From a virus, in IMG/VR virus record IMGVR_UViG_3300023174_004273, positions 11,387-75,386 of that record: a DNA stretch of 64,000 nucleotides; one strand, written 5' to 3'. Shown one piece after another: positions 19,608 to 29,171 of this stretch. The translations under genes were made by a program, and so were the position numbers. Below the pieces are notes generated by a model. It did no database searches. It was not told where the DNA came from and worked only from the letters and a program-made list of their open reading frames with translations. The number at the start of each line of letters is the position of its first letter. Position 1 is the stretch's first letter.

Positions 19608-20084
19608 TTATTTATTGTCTTGGGCATGATAAATGATGTTGATGTCTGAACCTTGTGTGACCAACCAAGGTTCCATTTGGGCTGTTTCCTCCAGGCCCAC
19701 GAGCATGGGAGTGCGATCACTGTCGTTTTTCAATATCCAAAACTCGTCGTCGTCTACCAACCACTGCGACTGTGGTTCTATTTCAAAGGTAAAGCGCCAC
19801 ACACGCATATCTGTGCCAGCCCAAGCAAACTCCGCAGGAACATCTGTGACCAGTTCAGGATTGGTGATTTCAAATATCTGTGTGCGCATGCCTATCAACT
19901 GTAGTATGGTGTCAAGATTGCGTTGCTGATTTCGAGCTTGTGCAAGTTCTTTGGAATCATTTATTTGTATACCGTTTTTAGTGGTATAAGGATATTGTAT
20001 GTTGCGTTGAGTTCCATTTACAGCCGTAGCAGTGATGTCAAACAAGCACAAACATTCAACTTTCCGCATTGTGCTTGAGTTCAT
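19608..20084 (-). CDS. hypothetical protein
   Basis: ORF in operon; LFDITAT and RNQQRN motifs. Confidence 0.7.
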   Translation of the reverse strand: MNSSTMRKVECLCLFDITATAVNGTQRNIQYPYTTKNGIQINDSKELAQARNQQRNLDTILQLIGMRTQIFEITNPELVTDVPAEFAWAGTDMRVWRFTFEIEPQSQWLVDDDEFWILKNDSDRTPMLVGLEETAQMEPWLVTQGSDINIIYHAQDNK

Positions 20085-20298
20085 AATATACCCGGACCTG
20101 ATCTAACATTTCTTTGAGCGCAGGATCTGTCTTGGCAGCACGTCGGATACCTCCCCAGAGTTTGTCTTCTCTGATCATTTCCATAGTGCTTTGCTTTTCC
20201 GGACTGACTTTAACCAGTTCTCTGTCTTGCTTGCCCACATGCCGACGGTATACTGTGTGTCCACCGTCGGGGCTTTCAAAAACGTATTCTCCGCTCAT
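20056..20298 (-). CDS. hypothetical protein
   Basis: ESPDGGHTVYRR motif; TAAATA 5 nt before the ATG. Confidence 0.75.
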   Translation of the reverse strand: MSGEYVFESPDGGHTVYRRHVGKQDRELVKVSPEKQSTMEMIREDKLWGGIRRAAKTDPALKEMLDQVRVYYELKHNAES

Positions 20299-20315
20299 GC
20301 AGGTATTTAAGCCGT

Positions 20316-20348
20316 AAAAAAACCCTAGTTAAAGAACTAGGGCTTTTT
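20316..20348. terminator. intrinsic terminator, likely bidirectional
   Basis: A-tract, CCCTAGTT-aaag-AACTAGGG hairpin, T-tract. Confidence 0.85.
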
Positions 20349-20367
20349 AGGTTCGAGCTAAACGCGA

Positions 20368-20751
20368 TTAAGCAGACAGTTTGAAACCGTTGGCTGTTGC
20401 GCTGTTGAGTTGGAAACCAGTGTAGGTGATGTTAGCGGCTGCTAAGAAAGCGGATGCATCAGCAAAAGCACCTGTTGGGTAAACAGCAACAGAAAGTGCT
20501 GTGCCGTCAACTTGGTACATAGCAACTGTGGATGTTTGCTGGATCGCTGTGATCACGTTAGCAACATACTCTGCTACACCGCCTTCGCCGTTGATGCTGT
20601 TGTTAGCAACTGCACGGAAGAAGTCGAGTTTTGGACCTTGTGGCTGGACGGGAACGCCTGCCAACGAAGTTGAAGGTGCAACTGGACCATTTTGTGTGTC
20701 TAGTGCGAATACTGGTTGTGAATCACCATTGACTCTTGTAAAACCTGCCAT
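20368..20751 (-). CDS. probable abundant virion protein (decoration-like)
   Basis: Stand-alone unit with TATAAATA, AAGGAG SD and its own terminator; A/G/T/V-rich. Confidence 0.6.
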   Translation of the reverse strand: MAGFTRVNGDSQPVFALDTQNGPVAPSTSLAGVPVQPQGPKLDFFRAVANNSINGEGGVAEYVANVITAIQQTSTVAMYQVDGTALSVAVYPTGAFADASAFLAAANITYTGFQLNSATANGFKLSA

Positions 20752-20823
20752 GATATATCTCCTTATATTTGTGGGCCTTTTGCCCTACACTTATTTATAC
20801 CAGAACGGAGAAATCGGGCAGTA

Positions 20824-22677
20824 TCAAGCCAAATCGGGATTGTTGCGGGCAAAGTTTGCCGCACTAAACCGCATGCGATCCACGAACTTCATGCCTTGGC
20901 CCACATAGCCTTCATGCCCGGGTTCGTTGTTGATGGATGCCTGCACGTCATGGGCTTGTGCATCTAGCTGGCGTACCAGTTCATTTTTAAGACTGCTCAA
21001 GTCTAAGAACGCTTGGAATACAGCGGCCACGGCCGCTTTGTTTTCTGTGGCCCATTCAAAGATGCGTGGTGCTTTGGCAGGTTCCTTGGCCTGGATCCAG
21101 GGTCCAAACCCACCTATGAGATTGTTGAAGTTACCTTCTCTCACCCGAGCATTGATATAGGTTTTCATCAGCTGTGGAAGGTTGGTTATTTTGCGGGCCC
21201 GCAGTTCCTGAGGATCAAATAGCTGATCGATACCAGCGCCTTGTGTGGCAGCTATGGTCTTTAAATCTTTGACTGTGCTGGCATTGAGCTTGATGTCTCT
21301 GGGTTCTTTGAGGCTAGGGTCAAGTATCAACAAGCCTGGCACGGGTTTGAGTTCGGCAGCACGTATGGGCTGTGGTTGGGCGCCTGGTGCATCAAGAGCG
21401 GTATGTATGACCACGGCCACTTCGCTGGCGCCAACCTGTTTGCCCAGTTCTGAATCCACAGGCACTGAATAAGTCACTGTGTTGGGCTGGAACACATAGG
21501 CTCCGTTGTTTACAGGCGGAGTGTTGCTGTACAACAAGTCACCTTGTATGTAGCCACGGAAGTCTGGTGGCACTGCGGCTCTCAACAATGGAAACAGTTT
21601 TTGGTACAGAGCTATGAGTTCACCTCGCTCACCGCCACGTTGACCCATGATCTGTGCGATCTGTTGTGGACTGGTGGCCAAGCCATCATAGCCTTTGGCC
21701 AGGAACCCAGCCTTGTCTGTGAGTACAAAATCTCCATTGGGTTTGCGACCAAATATGATGGCAGGACGACCGTCCCATTTCACTGTGGCTGTGCTGGGCT
21801 GACGTGCTGTGGCCACTATACCATCCAGTGCGCTGGTGATACCGCGACTGCCCATGTCAAACACCATGTCCTCGGGGTGCTCGATTCGCACTCCTTCCAT
21901 GATCATGACCATGCCTTGGTTTACTATGCGATCACGCAGTCGACTCAAAAACGATACTTCATTTTCAGAAACTGGAGCTTCTGGGTCAGGCAATCCTTGC
22001 TGAGCTAGATATTCGCGAAAGTCTTTGAGCTTGTTTTCTTTTTCAGGATCTCGGCTCAGGGCCGCATAGATTGATTCCACAGTGCTCAAGTCTTTGCGTG
22101 TGGCTTTTTTATTGAGTATGGCCTTGGCCACTACATCTGGATCCTGGCTCAACAACTTGTTGGTAGCACGGTCAAACATGCCGTTGACTCCAACTTTGAG
22201 ATTCTTGGTCTTGGCTATGGAACTCATCAGCACAGCACGAACCAACCCTTTGTAGGCTGAGTTTTCGCCTTGATTGTAAAAAAATGTGCCCCAATCCAGG
22301 TTGGGCAAGAACATGAAATCTGTTTGCACGAATCCACGTTTGGGGTCACCGCCTATGGGTGTGCGGAGATGAACTTCGCCAGCTTTCTTGACCCACAGTT
22401 TGGGATCTTCTCCATGGCTCTGTGCCCACTGGGTGAGACGGGCTGCCAACTGTTCTTTGGACATTTGGCTGGCATCCACTGCCAGGTCCATGTCGCCGGA
22501 AGTCACGGCTTTGCCTGTAGAACCCAGCCAACGTTCGCGGGGAAACTCCAAGCCAGTGAGTTGCTCGATCCACATGATCGTGGCCGCAACATCGCTTTGA
22601 TTGATTCGTTGTGTGAGTGGATTGCCGTCTTTGTCTTTGAAGACGTTGCCACCTTCAGACAGTAGCCGCACCGCCAC
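20824..22677 (-). CDS. fusion of a Pol-beta-type nucleotidyltransferase and a ligase-like (KxDG) nucleotidyltransferase
   Basis: N-half: LGSTGK..SGDMDLAVD..VQTDFM. C-half: TVKWDG, IQGDLLY, HEGYV, MKFVDR. Confidence 0.7.
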   Translation of the reverse strand: MAVRLLSEGGNVFKDKDGNPLTQRINQSDVAATIMWIEQLTGLEFPRERWLGSTGKAVTSGDMDLAVDASQMSKEQLAARLTQWAQSHGEDPKLWVKKAGEVHLRTPIGGDPKRGFVQTDFMFLPNLDWGTFFYNQGENSAYKGLVRAVLMSSIAKTKNLKVGVNGMFDRATNKLLSQDPDVVAKAILNKKATRKDLSTVESIYAALSRDPEKENKLKDFREYLAQQGLPDPEAPVSENEVSFLSRLRDRIVNQGMVMIMEGVRIEHPEDMVFDMGSRGITSALDGIVATARQPSTATVKWDGRPAIIFGRKPNGDFVLTDKAGFLAKGYDGLATSPQQIAQIMGQRGGERGELIALYQKLFPLLRAAVPPDFRGYIQGDLLYSNTPPVNNGAYVFQPNTVTYSVPVDSELGKQVGASEVAVVIHTALDAPGAQPQPIRAAELKPVPGLLILDPSLKEPRDIKLNASTVKDLKTIAATQGAGIDQLFDPQELRARKITNLPQLMKTYINARVREGNFNNLIGGFGPWIQAKEPAKAPRIFEWATENKAAVAAVFQAFLDLSSLKNELVRQLDAQAHDVQASINNEPGHEGYVGQGMKFVDRMRFSAANFARNNPDLA

Positions 22678-23326
22678 CTCCTATGGTTGTTACACCCGTG
22701 GATGCTGCCGATGCTTGATCCATGGCCTGTTGTACTAAATCTGCATGCAGTTGAGTATAGGTAGGTACTTCGGCTCCTTTTGGATCAACAAAACGACCTT
22801 TGGTAGAATCCCAGGTATATTTGACTTGACTGCTTTTTTTGCCCACGGTAGTTTGTGTATTGACCACGGTACCATTGGGTATCACATACATGGGATTGCT
22901 CTGTGCTTTGAGGTACTGAGGAATAAAATGCTGATTCAAATAGTTTTTTACTGCTTGAGTGCTTTGTACATTGATATAGGTTTTCAAAGGAGCATCGTTG
23001 ACATTGACTTTGGCGGCTTTTTCTAACCAACCACGGAATAATCCACGATACTCGTCGTCTGAAAATGGCTTACCGGCCGCGGTTTCCATTCTTTCAAACT
23101 CCTTGGCCCAGGCTGCCGTCCAGGCATTGGCCAGTTGATCAGTTTGTTGTATGCCTTTTTGTTTGGAAACTTTGTCAGCTAAGTTTTTATACCACTCAGG
23201 GGTAACAGAACCTTTGAATCCACTGAAGGCCTGTTGTATATCATTTTTGGTCTGTGCGTTATTTGCTTTGCCCAGGGCTTTCAAATCACTCCAGATACCT
23301 TCATTGACAATGTCATTGACCTTCAT
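22655..23326 (-). CDS. hypothetical protein, possibly head-internal
   Basis: Starts MKVNDIVNE/G. Confidence 0.65.
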   Translation of the reverse strand: MKVNDIVNEGIWSDLKALGKANNAQTKNDIQQAFSGFKGSVTPEWYKNLADKVSKQKGIQQTDQLANAWTAAWAKEFERMETAAGKPFSDDEYRGLFRGWLEKAAKVNVNDAPLKTYINVQSTQAVKNYLNQHFIPQYLKAQSNPMYVIPNGTVVNTQTTVGKKSSQVKYTWDSTKGRFVDPKGAEVPTYTQLHADLVQQAMDQASAASTGVTTIGGGGAATV

Positions 23327-23561
23327 CGGTGCGCCTTACAGAACGAGTAAACTTTGATGCATCGCGCATCCGTATGGCATTTATCAGCTTGCGCTGTAGA
23401 TTTTCTGCTTGATCGGCATCGTAGGTTTGTTCGATCTGCTCCAGGAGACGAATGGCGCTGGCAATCACGTTGCTGGCACGATTTTCAATGACATGGCGGC
23501 GATCGCGCTCGATGTACATGGCATCAAGTTCTTCTAGTATACTACGGGTCTTTTTTTGCAT
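23313..23561 (-). CDS. small helical hypothetical protein
   Basis: MQKKTRSILEEL...; upstream TAAATA. Confidence 0.7.
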   Translation of the reverse strand: MQKKTRSILEELDAMYIERDRRHVIENRASNVIASAIRLLEQIEQTYDADQAENLQRKLINAIRMRDASKFTRSVRRTDEGQ

Positions 23562-23585
23562 AATCACAAAGCCTTTGTATTATAT

Positions 23586-24590
23586 TTATTGGCTTTGTCC
23601 GCAAACGTCATTGCAAATGATCTGGCGACCTTGCTCAAACTCAGGTATTTTCCAGGATTTTTCCACGTCTGCAAACCAGGAAATGCAGGATTCCAAATCA
23701 TTTTGAACTGCGTTATTGGGTTTTAATATCTTTTTTATCTGTGCATTGGCCGCTTGATGATAGGCGCCATGTCCATACTCTCTGGGATTGAATCCTAAAA
23801 AACAACAAGGATACACATCACCGGTACTGGATATGTACACGGATTTGCTTTTTTGTACCTGGCATTTTATAGGTCTTGGACTGCGCCCAGGCACGATGTC
23901 CTCCAACAGGACTTCATCGGTTTTTCTGCTGTCAAACAATATTTTAAAATCTGTTTGCGTAGGAGTTCCTATCACATGTGTGAGCTGGCCTTGATTATTA
24001 AAAACAGGGGCTTGATCTCGACCATGATTGACCAATCGAAACTCTTGGAAACCCATTGCCATTGATAACTTACGAGCTTGGTCCCATTGGTGTTGATTAT
24101 GATCAAACTCAATCATTTTCCATACAGCATGCCCACCTGCGGCAATAAAGATTCCAGCGTTACGGATCACAGTGGAATACAGAGTGTTTTGCCTATAAAG
24201 ACTGTGCGTGTCTTCGAGTCCGTCAATGCAAAATAGCACTACGATATTTAAATGGGCCAGAGATTCCCAGTAGTCTCTATCTCTGGCCCCACCATTGGTG
24301 CTGATCGATATTTTCAACAACGGATTTGTTTCTCGAAAATATGATAAAATGGGCACAGTTTCGGCGTTCATTACTGCATCGCCGAAGTTTCCGTTGACAT
24401 AGATTTCATTGATCTGGGTTAAAAAATCTTTGGTGAATATCTTTTGTGCTTCGTCTAGGGTCATGTCATGTTCGACATAGCCATCATTGTAGGGATACCC
24501 ATAGAAGTTCCTAGGGCACAGCGGGCAGGCCGCATTACACCTGCTGGATATTTCTAAATGCACATGCCTGATATCTTTCAGCTGATACAT
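23586..24590 (-). CDS. radical SAM protein with C-terminal SPASM/twitch domain
   Basis: CNAACPLC, STNGG, FCIDG, GDVYPCC...CNDVC. Confidence 0.9.
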   Translation of the reverse strand: MYQLKDIRHVHLEISSRCNAACPLCPRNFYGYPYNDGYVEHDMTLDEAQKIFTKDFLTQINEIYVNGNFGDAVMNAETVPILSYFRETNPLLKISISTNGGARDRDYWESLAHLNIVVLFCIDGLEDTHSLYRQNTLYSTVIRNAGIFIAAGGHAVWKMIEFDHNQHQWDQARKLSMAMGFQEFRLVNHGRDQAPVFNNQGQLTHVIGTPTQTDFKILFDSRKTDEVLLEDIVPGRSPRPIKCQVQKSKSVYISSTGDVYPCCFLGFNPREYGHGAYHQAANAQIKKILKPNNAVQNDLESCISWFADVEKSWKIPEFEQGRQIICNDVCGQSQ

Positions 24591-24660
24591 GGCTCACCAT
24601 TTTTAATCATCAGAACTATTTAAGATTAAATATGCCACAGGCACATTAAAGGCATATAAA

Positions 24661-26364
24661 ATGAAAACAGACTTAGAAAATATACAGGCACTGATGGCAG
24701 AGTTCCGTAGGCCCTGCCCTGACATTGTAGAATACCAAGAACGTCTAGTAGAAGAATTTGGTATCATTGTAGATCAACGATTCACAGATTACTTTCTCAA
24801 GATCCGACGAGTATTGGATTTAAACCAAGACATACCACACATGACTCGAGGATCAGCAGGGTCAAGTCTTGTTTGTTATCTCATGGGTATCACTGACGTT
24901 GATCCTATAGAATGGAACATACCGCTGGCGCGATTCCTCAATCCGTTTCGAGACGATTTACCCGACGTTGACATTGATGTGCCGCACCACAAACAAGAGT
25001 TGGCCATGCAAAGAATATTTGATGCATGGCCCGGCCGTACAGCAAGAATATCAAACTACGTGATGTACAAAGAAAAATCTGCACGTCGTGAAGCAGCCAA
25101 ACGGTTGGGGGTCAAAGGCCGACTGCCCAAAGAAATAGATTATGCCAAACTTGGTGTTGATGTTGAAGAAGCCAAAAGAATAGAAAAGAAACTCATGGGC
25201 AAAAAACGCTGTCTGAGCAAGCACTGTGGCGGAATCATAGTGTTCGATCGACAGCTACCAAAAAGTTTATTTCGAGAAGACAATCTCATCTTGTTAGATA
25301 AAAATGAAGTAGAGGATCTCGAGCATCTCAAAGTAGACATTCTTGCCAATCGGGGATTGAGCCAACTCATGGAAATAGATTCCACTAGGATGATCCACGA
25401 ATATCCCAAAACCGATGACCTCACAGCAGACCTACTACAGCGAGGCGATGTGTTGGGTGTTACACAGGGAGAAAGTCCGGCTATGAGACGTTTGTTTCGT
25501 GCTATCAAACCTACATCAGTGGAAGACTGTGTGTTTGCTACTGCTCTAGTTCGTCCGGTGGCAGTAGAGGGTCGAAAAAAAGCCAGCTTCTTCCACGACT
25601 GGACCAAAAAAACTGTGCAAGATTCTGCCATAGTCTGCGAGGATGATGCCATAGAAAAAATAATGAAACTGATATCTGTCAACGCTTATGAAGCTGACAT
25701 GTATCGTCGAGCATTTGCTAAACGCAATGAAGAAAAAGTAATGGAGTTTATGTCACGACTGGGTGATCATCCACGACGTCATGAAATCTATCAGGAAATG
25801 CAAAGTCTGTCAGGCTTTGGTTTGTGTCGCGCACATGCTGTGAATCTTGGCAGGCTAATCTGGGCACTGGCTTATCAGAAAGCCCATAATCCTCGCGAGT
25901 TCTGGCGGGCGGCATTGCTACATTGCCAAGGATCCTATGCTCGTTGGGTCTATCGAAATGAAGCCAAACGAGCAGGATGGGATTTGCGTGAACTAGGCTT
26001 TGAAAACTGGCTTACAGAAGATCCTGTAGAAAGTTTTCTTGAACATGGATGCTGGAACTCGCCAGGATTCTTGCCCAACATGGGAGTAAAGAATCTCTAT
26101 CTAGACAGATTTGAGTTTGCTGGCATCGTAGCTAACTCTAGAGTATTTCGCAGAGACAAACAACAGTACATACATTTTATCACGTTGGGTGTAGGCGAAG
26201 GTGAGTATGTCGATCTCATAGTTGACCGCCCAGTAAAATACACCGCAGGATCAGTGATACTGGGCAATGGAGAAATGTGTAGTAGAGACGGTAGTCAGTT
26301 CTTACACTGCCACAGAAAAGACGTCAAATCTATGAGTATAGATCAATATCTCAGTTTGCCTTGA
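24661..26364 (+). CDS. compact DnaE-type (family C) DNA polymerase lacking the PHP domain
   Basis: RGSAGSSLVCY.MGITDVDP, RFLNP.R..LPDVDID, HCGG, KVDIL, GVTQGES, ALVRP, AHA, AYQKAH.P.EF and a C-terminal OB-like region. Confidence 0.88.
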   Translation: MKTDLENIQALMAEFRRPCPDIVEYQERLVEEFGIIVDQRFTDYFLKIRRVLDLNQDIPHMTRGSAGSSLVCYLMGITDVDPIEWNIPLARFLNPFRDDLPDVDIDVPHHKQELAMQRIFDAWPGRTARISNYVMYKEKSARREAAKRLGVKGRLPKEIDYAKLGVDVEEAKRIEKKLMGKKRCLSKHCGGIIVFDRQLPKSLFREDNLILLDKNEVEDLEHLKVDILANRGLSQLMEIDSTRMIHEYPKTDDLTADLLQRGDVLGVTQGESPAMRRLFRAIKPTSVEDCVFATALVRPVAVEGRKKASFFHDWTKKTVQDSAIVCEDDAIEKIMKLISVNAYEADMYRRAFAKRNEEKVMEFMSRLGDHPRRHEIYQEMQSLSGFGLCRAHAVNLGRLIWALAYQKAHNPREFWRAALLHCQGSYARWVYRNEAKRAGWDLRELGFENWLTEDPVESFLEHGCWNSPGFLPNMGVKNLYLDRFEFAGIVANSRVFRRDKQQYIHFITLGVGEGEYVDLIVDRPVKYTAGSVILGNGEMCSRDGSQFLHCHRKDVKSMSIDQYLSLP

Positions 26365-27754
26365 TCTGTCCCAATAGCTGTTTGAGCTTGCTACTTTGTA
26401 CGTCGGCTGTGATCTTGCCTGGCTGATCAGGTGTGGTTGCATTGGCTTCTTCTTCCGAAAGTTTGCTCTTGGCCTTGATGCTTTCGTAGATACTAGGAGC
26501 TCGTTTCTTGAACTCTTGATATCCTTCGTCTTCGGCCAAGTCTCTGATTCTCAGGCTCTCAATATCAAACTCTAAGTCTACCTTTTGCCCCACGCCCGAA
26601 CTACTACGAGTTTTCATCAACTGTATCTGATAACGTCCACGCTCACGCATAGCCCGGCTGGTAAAGATACCGAACACATTGTCTGCTGTGTTGATCTTTG
26701 AAATACCACCCGAAATATGGCTGTGATCGAACTCAATCTCTTCCACAGCCGCACGATTCAACTGACTTGCTGTGACAAACAACACATTGAGTTCTTTGGC
26801 CAAGTTACGCAGTTCTTCCGAAACATATTTGTCTTTGACAAACAAGTCGTTGGGGCTGACCTTGGCACTCACAGGCATGATTAGATCCAAATAGTCCACA
26901 CACAAAAAATCCACACGCTTGCCTGTTTTGACTTGCAGTTCTTTTAAGTATGCACGGATGTCGTTCACTGTGCTTTGTGCCGGCATGTACTTGATTTGTA
27001 GTGCGCCAGACTTCTTCTGCATCATCTTGACTTTCATTTCTACTGTGTCAATGTCTCGGAAAATCTCTTTGGCCGAAGTATTGGTCATCATTGAATCAAT
27101 ACGCATTGAACATAAACCTTCACTGAGTTCCAGTGTGATATAACAACCATTGAGTCCGGCCTGTGCCCAGTTCACTGCCAAGTTCTGCATGAACAAACTC
27201 TTGCCCGAGCCTGATCCGCCAGCAAAGATCTGTAGTTCTCCTCGATTGAATCCACCGTACAGCAATCTATCCAGGGCGGGCCAACCTGTGCTGTTTTGTC
27301 CGTTGTTGTTTTTCAATGCCAACAAACGAGCACGTGGATCGTCAAAGTAATCTGTGCCTAAGTCTTTGGTCAGTGATATTTGTACGGCATCTTTGATCAG
27401 CTTTTCTACCGGATCAAAGTTACCTTTTTCCAGCAAGTCTGCTGATTTCAAGATAGCACGTTCCAGTTCTTGGCGGCGAGTAAAGCCTTCAAACTCTTCC
27501 ATGAACCAGTCAAGATGCCCTTCGTTGATGTCCGGGATCTCTTCTAAGCCTATGTTAGTCACTGCTCGCACTTGTTTGCGGTCTGGCAATGTCTTGTGTT
27601 TGTCTGCATGTTCTTGTATAAACTTGGCTGCCGAACGCAAACTACGATCAAAGTTTTCAGGATTGTAGATGTTTTGCACACGCACAAAGCTCTGTGCATC
27701 CTGCATCATGATCTCAAGAAACAGTCGTTGTACTTCTACTGGATAATCTTTCAT
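26351..27754 (-). CDS. replicative DnaB-like helicase (T4 gp41-like)
   Basis: GGSGSGKS, ITLELSE, VDYLDL, TASQLNR, MKTR. Confidence 0.95.
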   Translation of the reverse strand: MKDYPVEVQRLFLEIMMQDAQSFVRVQNIYNPENFDRSLRSAAKFIQEHADKHKTLPDRKQVRAVTNIGLEEIPDINEGHLDWFMEEFEGFTRRQELERAILKSADLLEKGNFDPVEKLIKDAVQISLTKDLGTDYFDDPRARLLALKNNNGQNSTGWPALDRLLYGGFNRGELQIFAGGSGSGKSLFMQNLAVNWAQAGLNGCYITLELSEGLCSMRIDSMMTNTSAKEIFRDIDTVEMKVKMMQKKSGALQIKYMPAQSTVNDIRAYLKELQVKTGKRVDFLCVDYLDLIMPVSAKVSPNDLFVKDKYVSEELRNLAKELNVLFVTASQLNRAAVEEIEFDHSHISGGISKINTADNVFGIFTSRAMRERGRYQIQLMKTRSSSGVGQKVDLEFDIESLRIRDLAEDEGYQEFKKRAPSIYESIKAKSKLSEEEANATTPDQPGKITADVQSSKLKQLLGQIKAN

Positions 27755-27768
27755 ATTGGCTTCTCGTT

Positions 27769-28467
27769 TTATGTATCTATTTCGTCGATCACATCTAAAA
27801 TCATATCAGCGACCAAAGCATGTGTGTCTGGGCCTGGATGTGTGTCTAGAGGTGCGTTGTCCTTTTGCATGTCATTGATGCTGACCCAAGGGTTGATCCA
27901 TTGTGTCCAATCAACCAACTCAAGATTGTTTCTTAACCGTTCGCTATAATCTTCAATCTCTGCCACGGCCAGACCTTGATACAAGCTCTGTGCATACACG
28001 CTGTGATCTGCACCTATGAGCATGTCTTCGGTCCACGGAATCATGCCGTTTACAAACCAAATATCACTGCTGGCATCATCGGCCATTTGTTGTAGTATTC
28101 TAGTGTAATCTATCAAGTTCATTATATTACTATAATCGTGATTGAGCAACTGATACTGGGCAACAAATGTTCTATCCACTATGTTATTGTCACTGTGGCT
28201 GCCAATATAGAATCCTTGTTTGGGACTTGGGTATACCCAATGTCTATGCAAAGCACTCCATTGAACAATGTAGGCGTCATGATTTCTATCCAGCAATGCC
28301 TTGGCGGCACGGATAAAGATCTTGTGATTGCTGGATCCGCCTTCGGCCTGATTGTCTGCGTGAGATCTCATTGCTGTTGCAACTAGATTAGGATATATCC
28401 TATGATCTTGTTGCTGTGCTGGATAACCGGCACCCATTGTGATACTACATCCGCCAAAGTAAATCAT
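27769..28467 (-). CDS. SGNH/GDSL-like hydrolase
   Basis: GGCSIT, GGSSN, QWS, DTHPG; ATGA-coupled start. Confidence 0.65.
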   Translation of the reverse strand: MIYFGGCSITMGAGYPAQQQDHRIYPNLVATAMRSHADNQAEGGSSNHKIFIRAAKALLDRNHDAYIVQWSALHRHWVYPSPKQGFYIGSHSDNNIVDRTFVAQYQLLNHDYSNIMNLIDYTRILQQMADDASSDIWFVNGMIPWTEDMLIGADHSVYAQSLYQGLAVAEIEDYSERLRNNLELVDWTQWINPWVSINDMQKDNAPLDTHPGPDTHALVADMILDVIDEIDT

Positions 28468-29171
28468 AACCACCCCAACTGTTGGATCCTAGGTTGCAGA
28501 ACTTGTTCCCACCAATGTTGATTGCCATCAGCACCATAGTGCCCATGCCAACCAAACTGTTCATAGTCTACAGGACGATGAACGCCTTTGTTGATGCTAT
28601 AATAGGTATCATTGAATATGATGCTGTGTGGATCAGCCAGGAACCTTCTTTGTATGTTACCCAGCACTGGCCAATCAGTTTCGGGTTGGAAAGGTTCTGC
28701 TAGATTAACAATCAGATAACGCTGTGTCCATCCCAGGATATACCTAGACAGTAAAAATAGCTCACGCAAGGTCTGTGCTTCTTGCCAACTGCGATTCCAA
28801 CTCATCACGTATCCTTTGCCCAGTTGATGAGTGGTCACTTGGCGCAAGCCATCGTGTTCGCGTAGTTCAGGCTGGTCCATGAGCTTGAGATTACCAAAGA
28901 ATCTATGGTATCTTGGAGGCTGGCCTTCAGTGTCATACACTGTAAAACGTTCAATGGGTGGCACACCTATCACGACATAGTCATTGGGTGTGAACCCTGC
29001 ACCGGCTACGATGAGATGCGATATACTGTCTATGTTATTTCCGGGCCAGCTGTAGTTTTCCACCGAGTCAACTTGCAAGGCCTGCGCCATCAGACCCCAC
29101 CATGATTCCTGCGGATCAACACAAAATCCCGGAGTGCTATAGCTGTCGCCGTATACGATCAATCTAGACAT
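28464..29171 (-). CDS. SGNH/GDSL-like hydrolase
   Basis: YGDSYS, PGNN, GHYGADGN. Confidence 0.65.
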   Translation of the reverse strand: MSRLIVYGDSYSTPGFCVDPQESWWGLMAQALQVDSVENYSWPGNNIDSISHLIVAGAGFTPNDYVVIGVPPIERFTVYDTEGQPPRYHRFFGNLKLMDQPELREHDGLRQVTTHQLGKGYVMSWNRSWQEAQTLRELFLLSRYILGWTQRYLIVNLAEPFQPETDWPVLGNIQRRFLADPHSIIFNDTYYSINKGVHRPVDYEQFGWHGHYGADGNQHWWEQVLQPRIQQLGWL

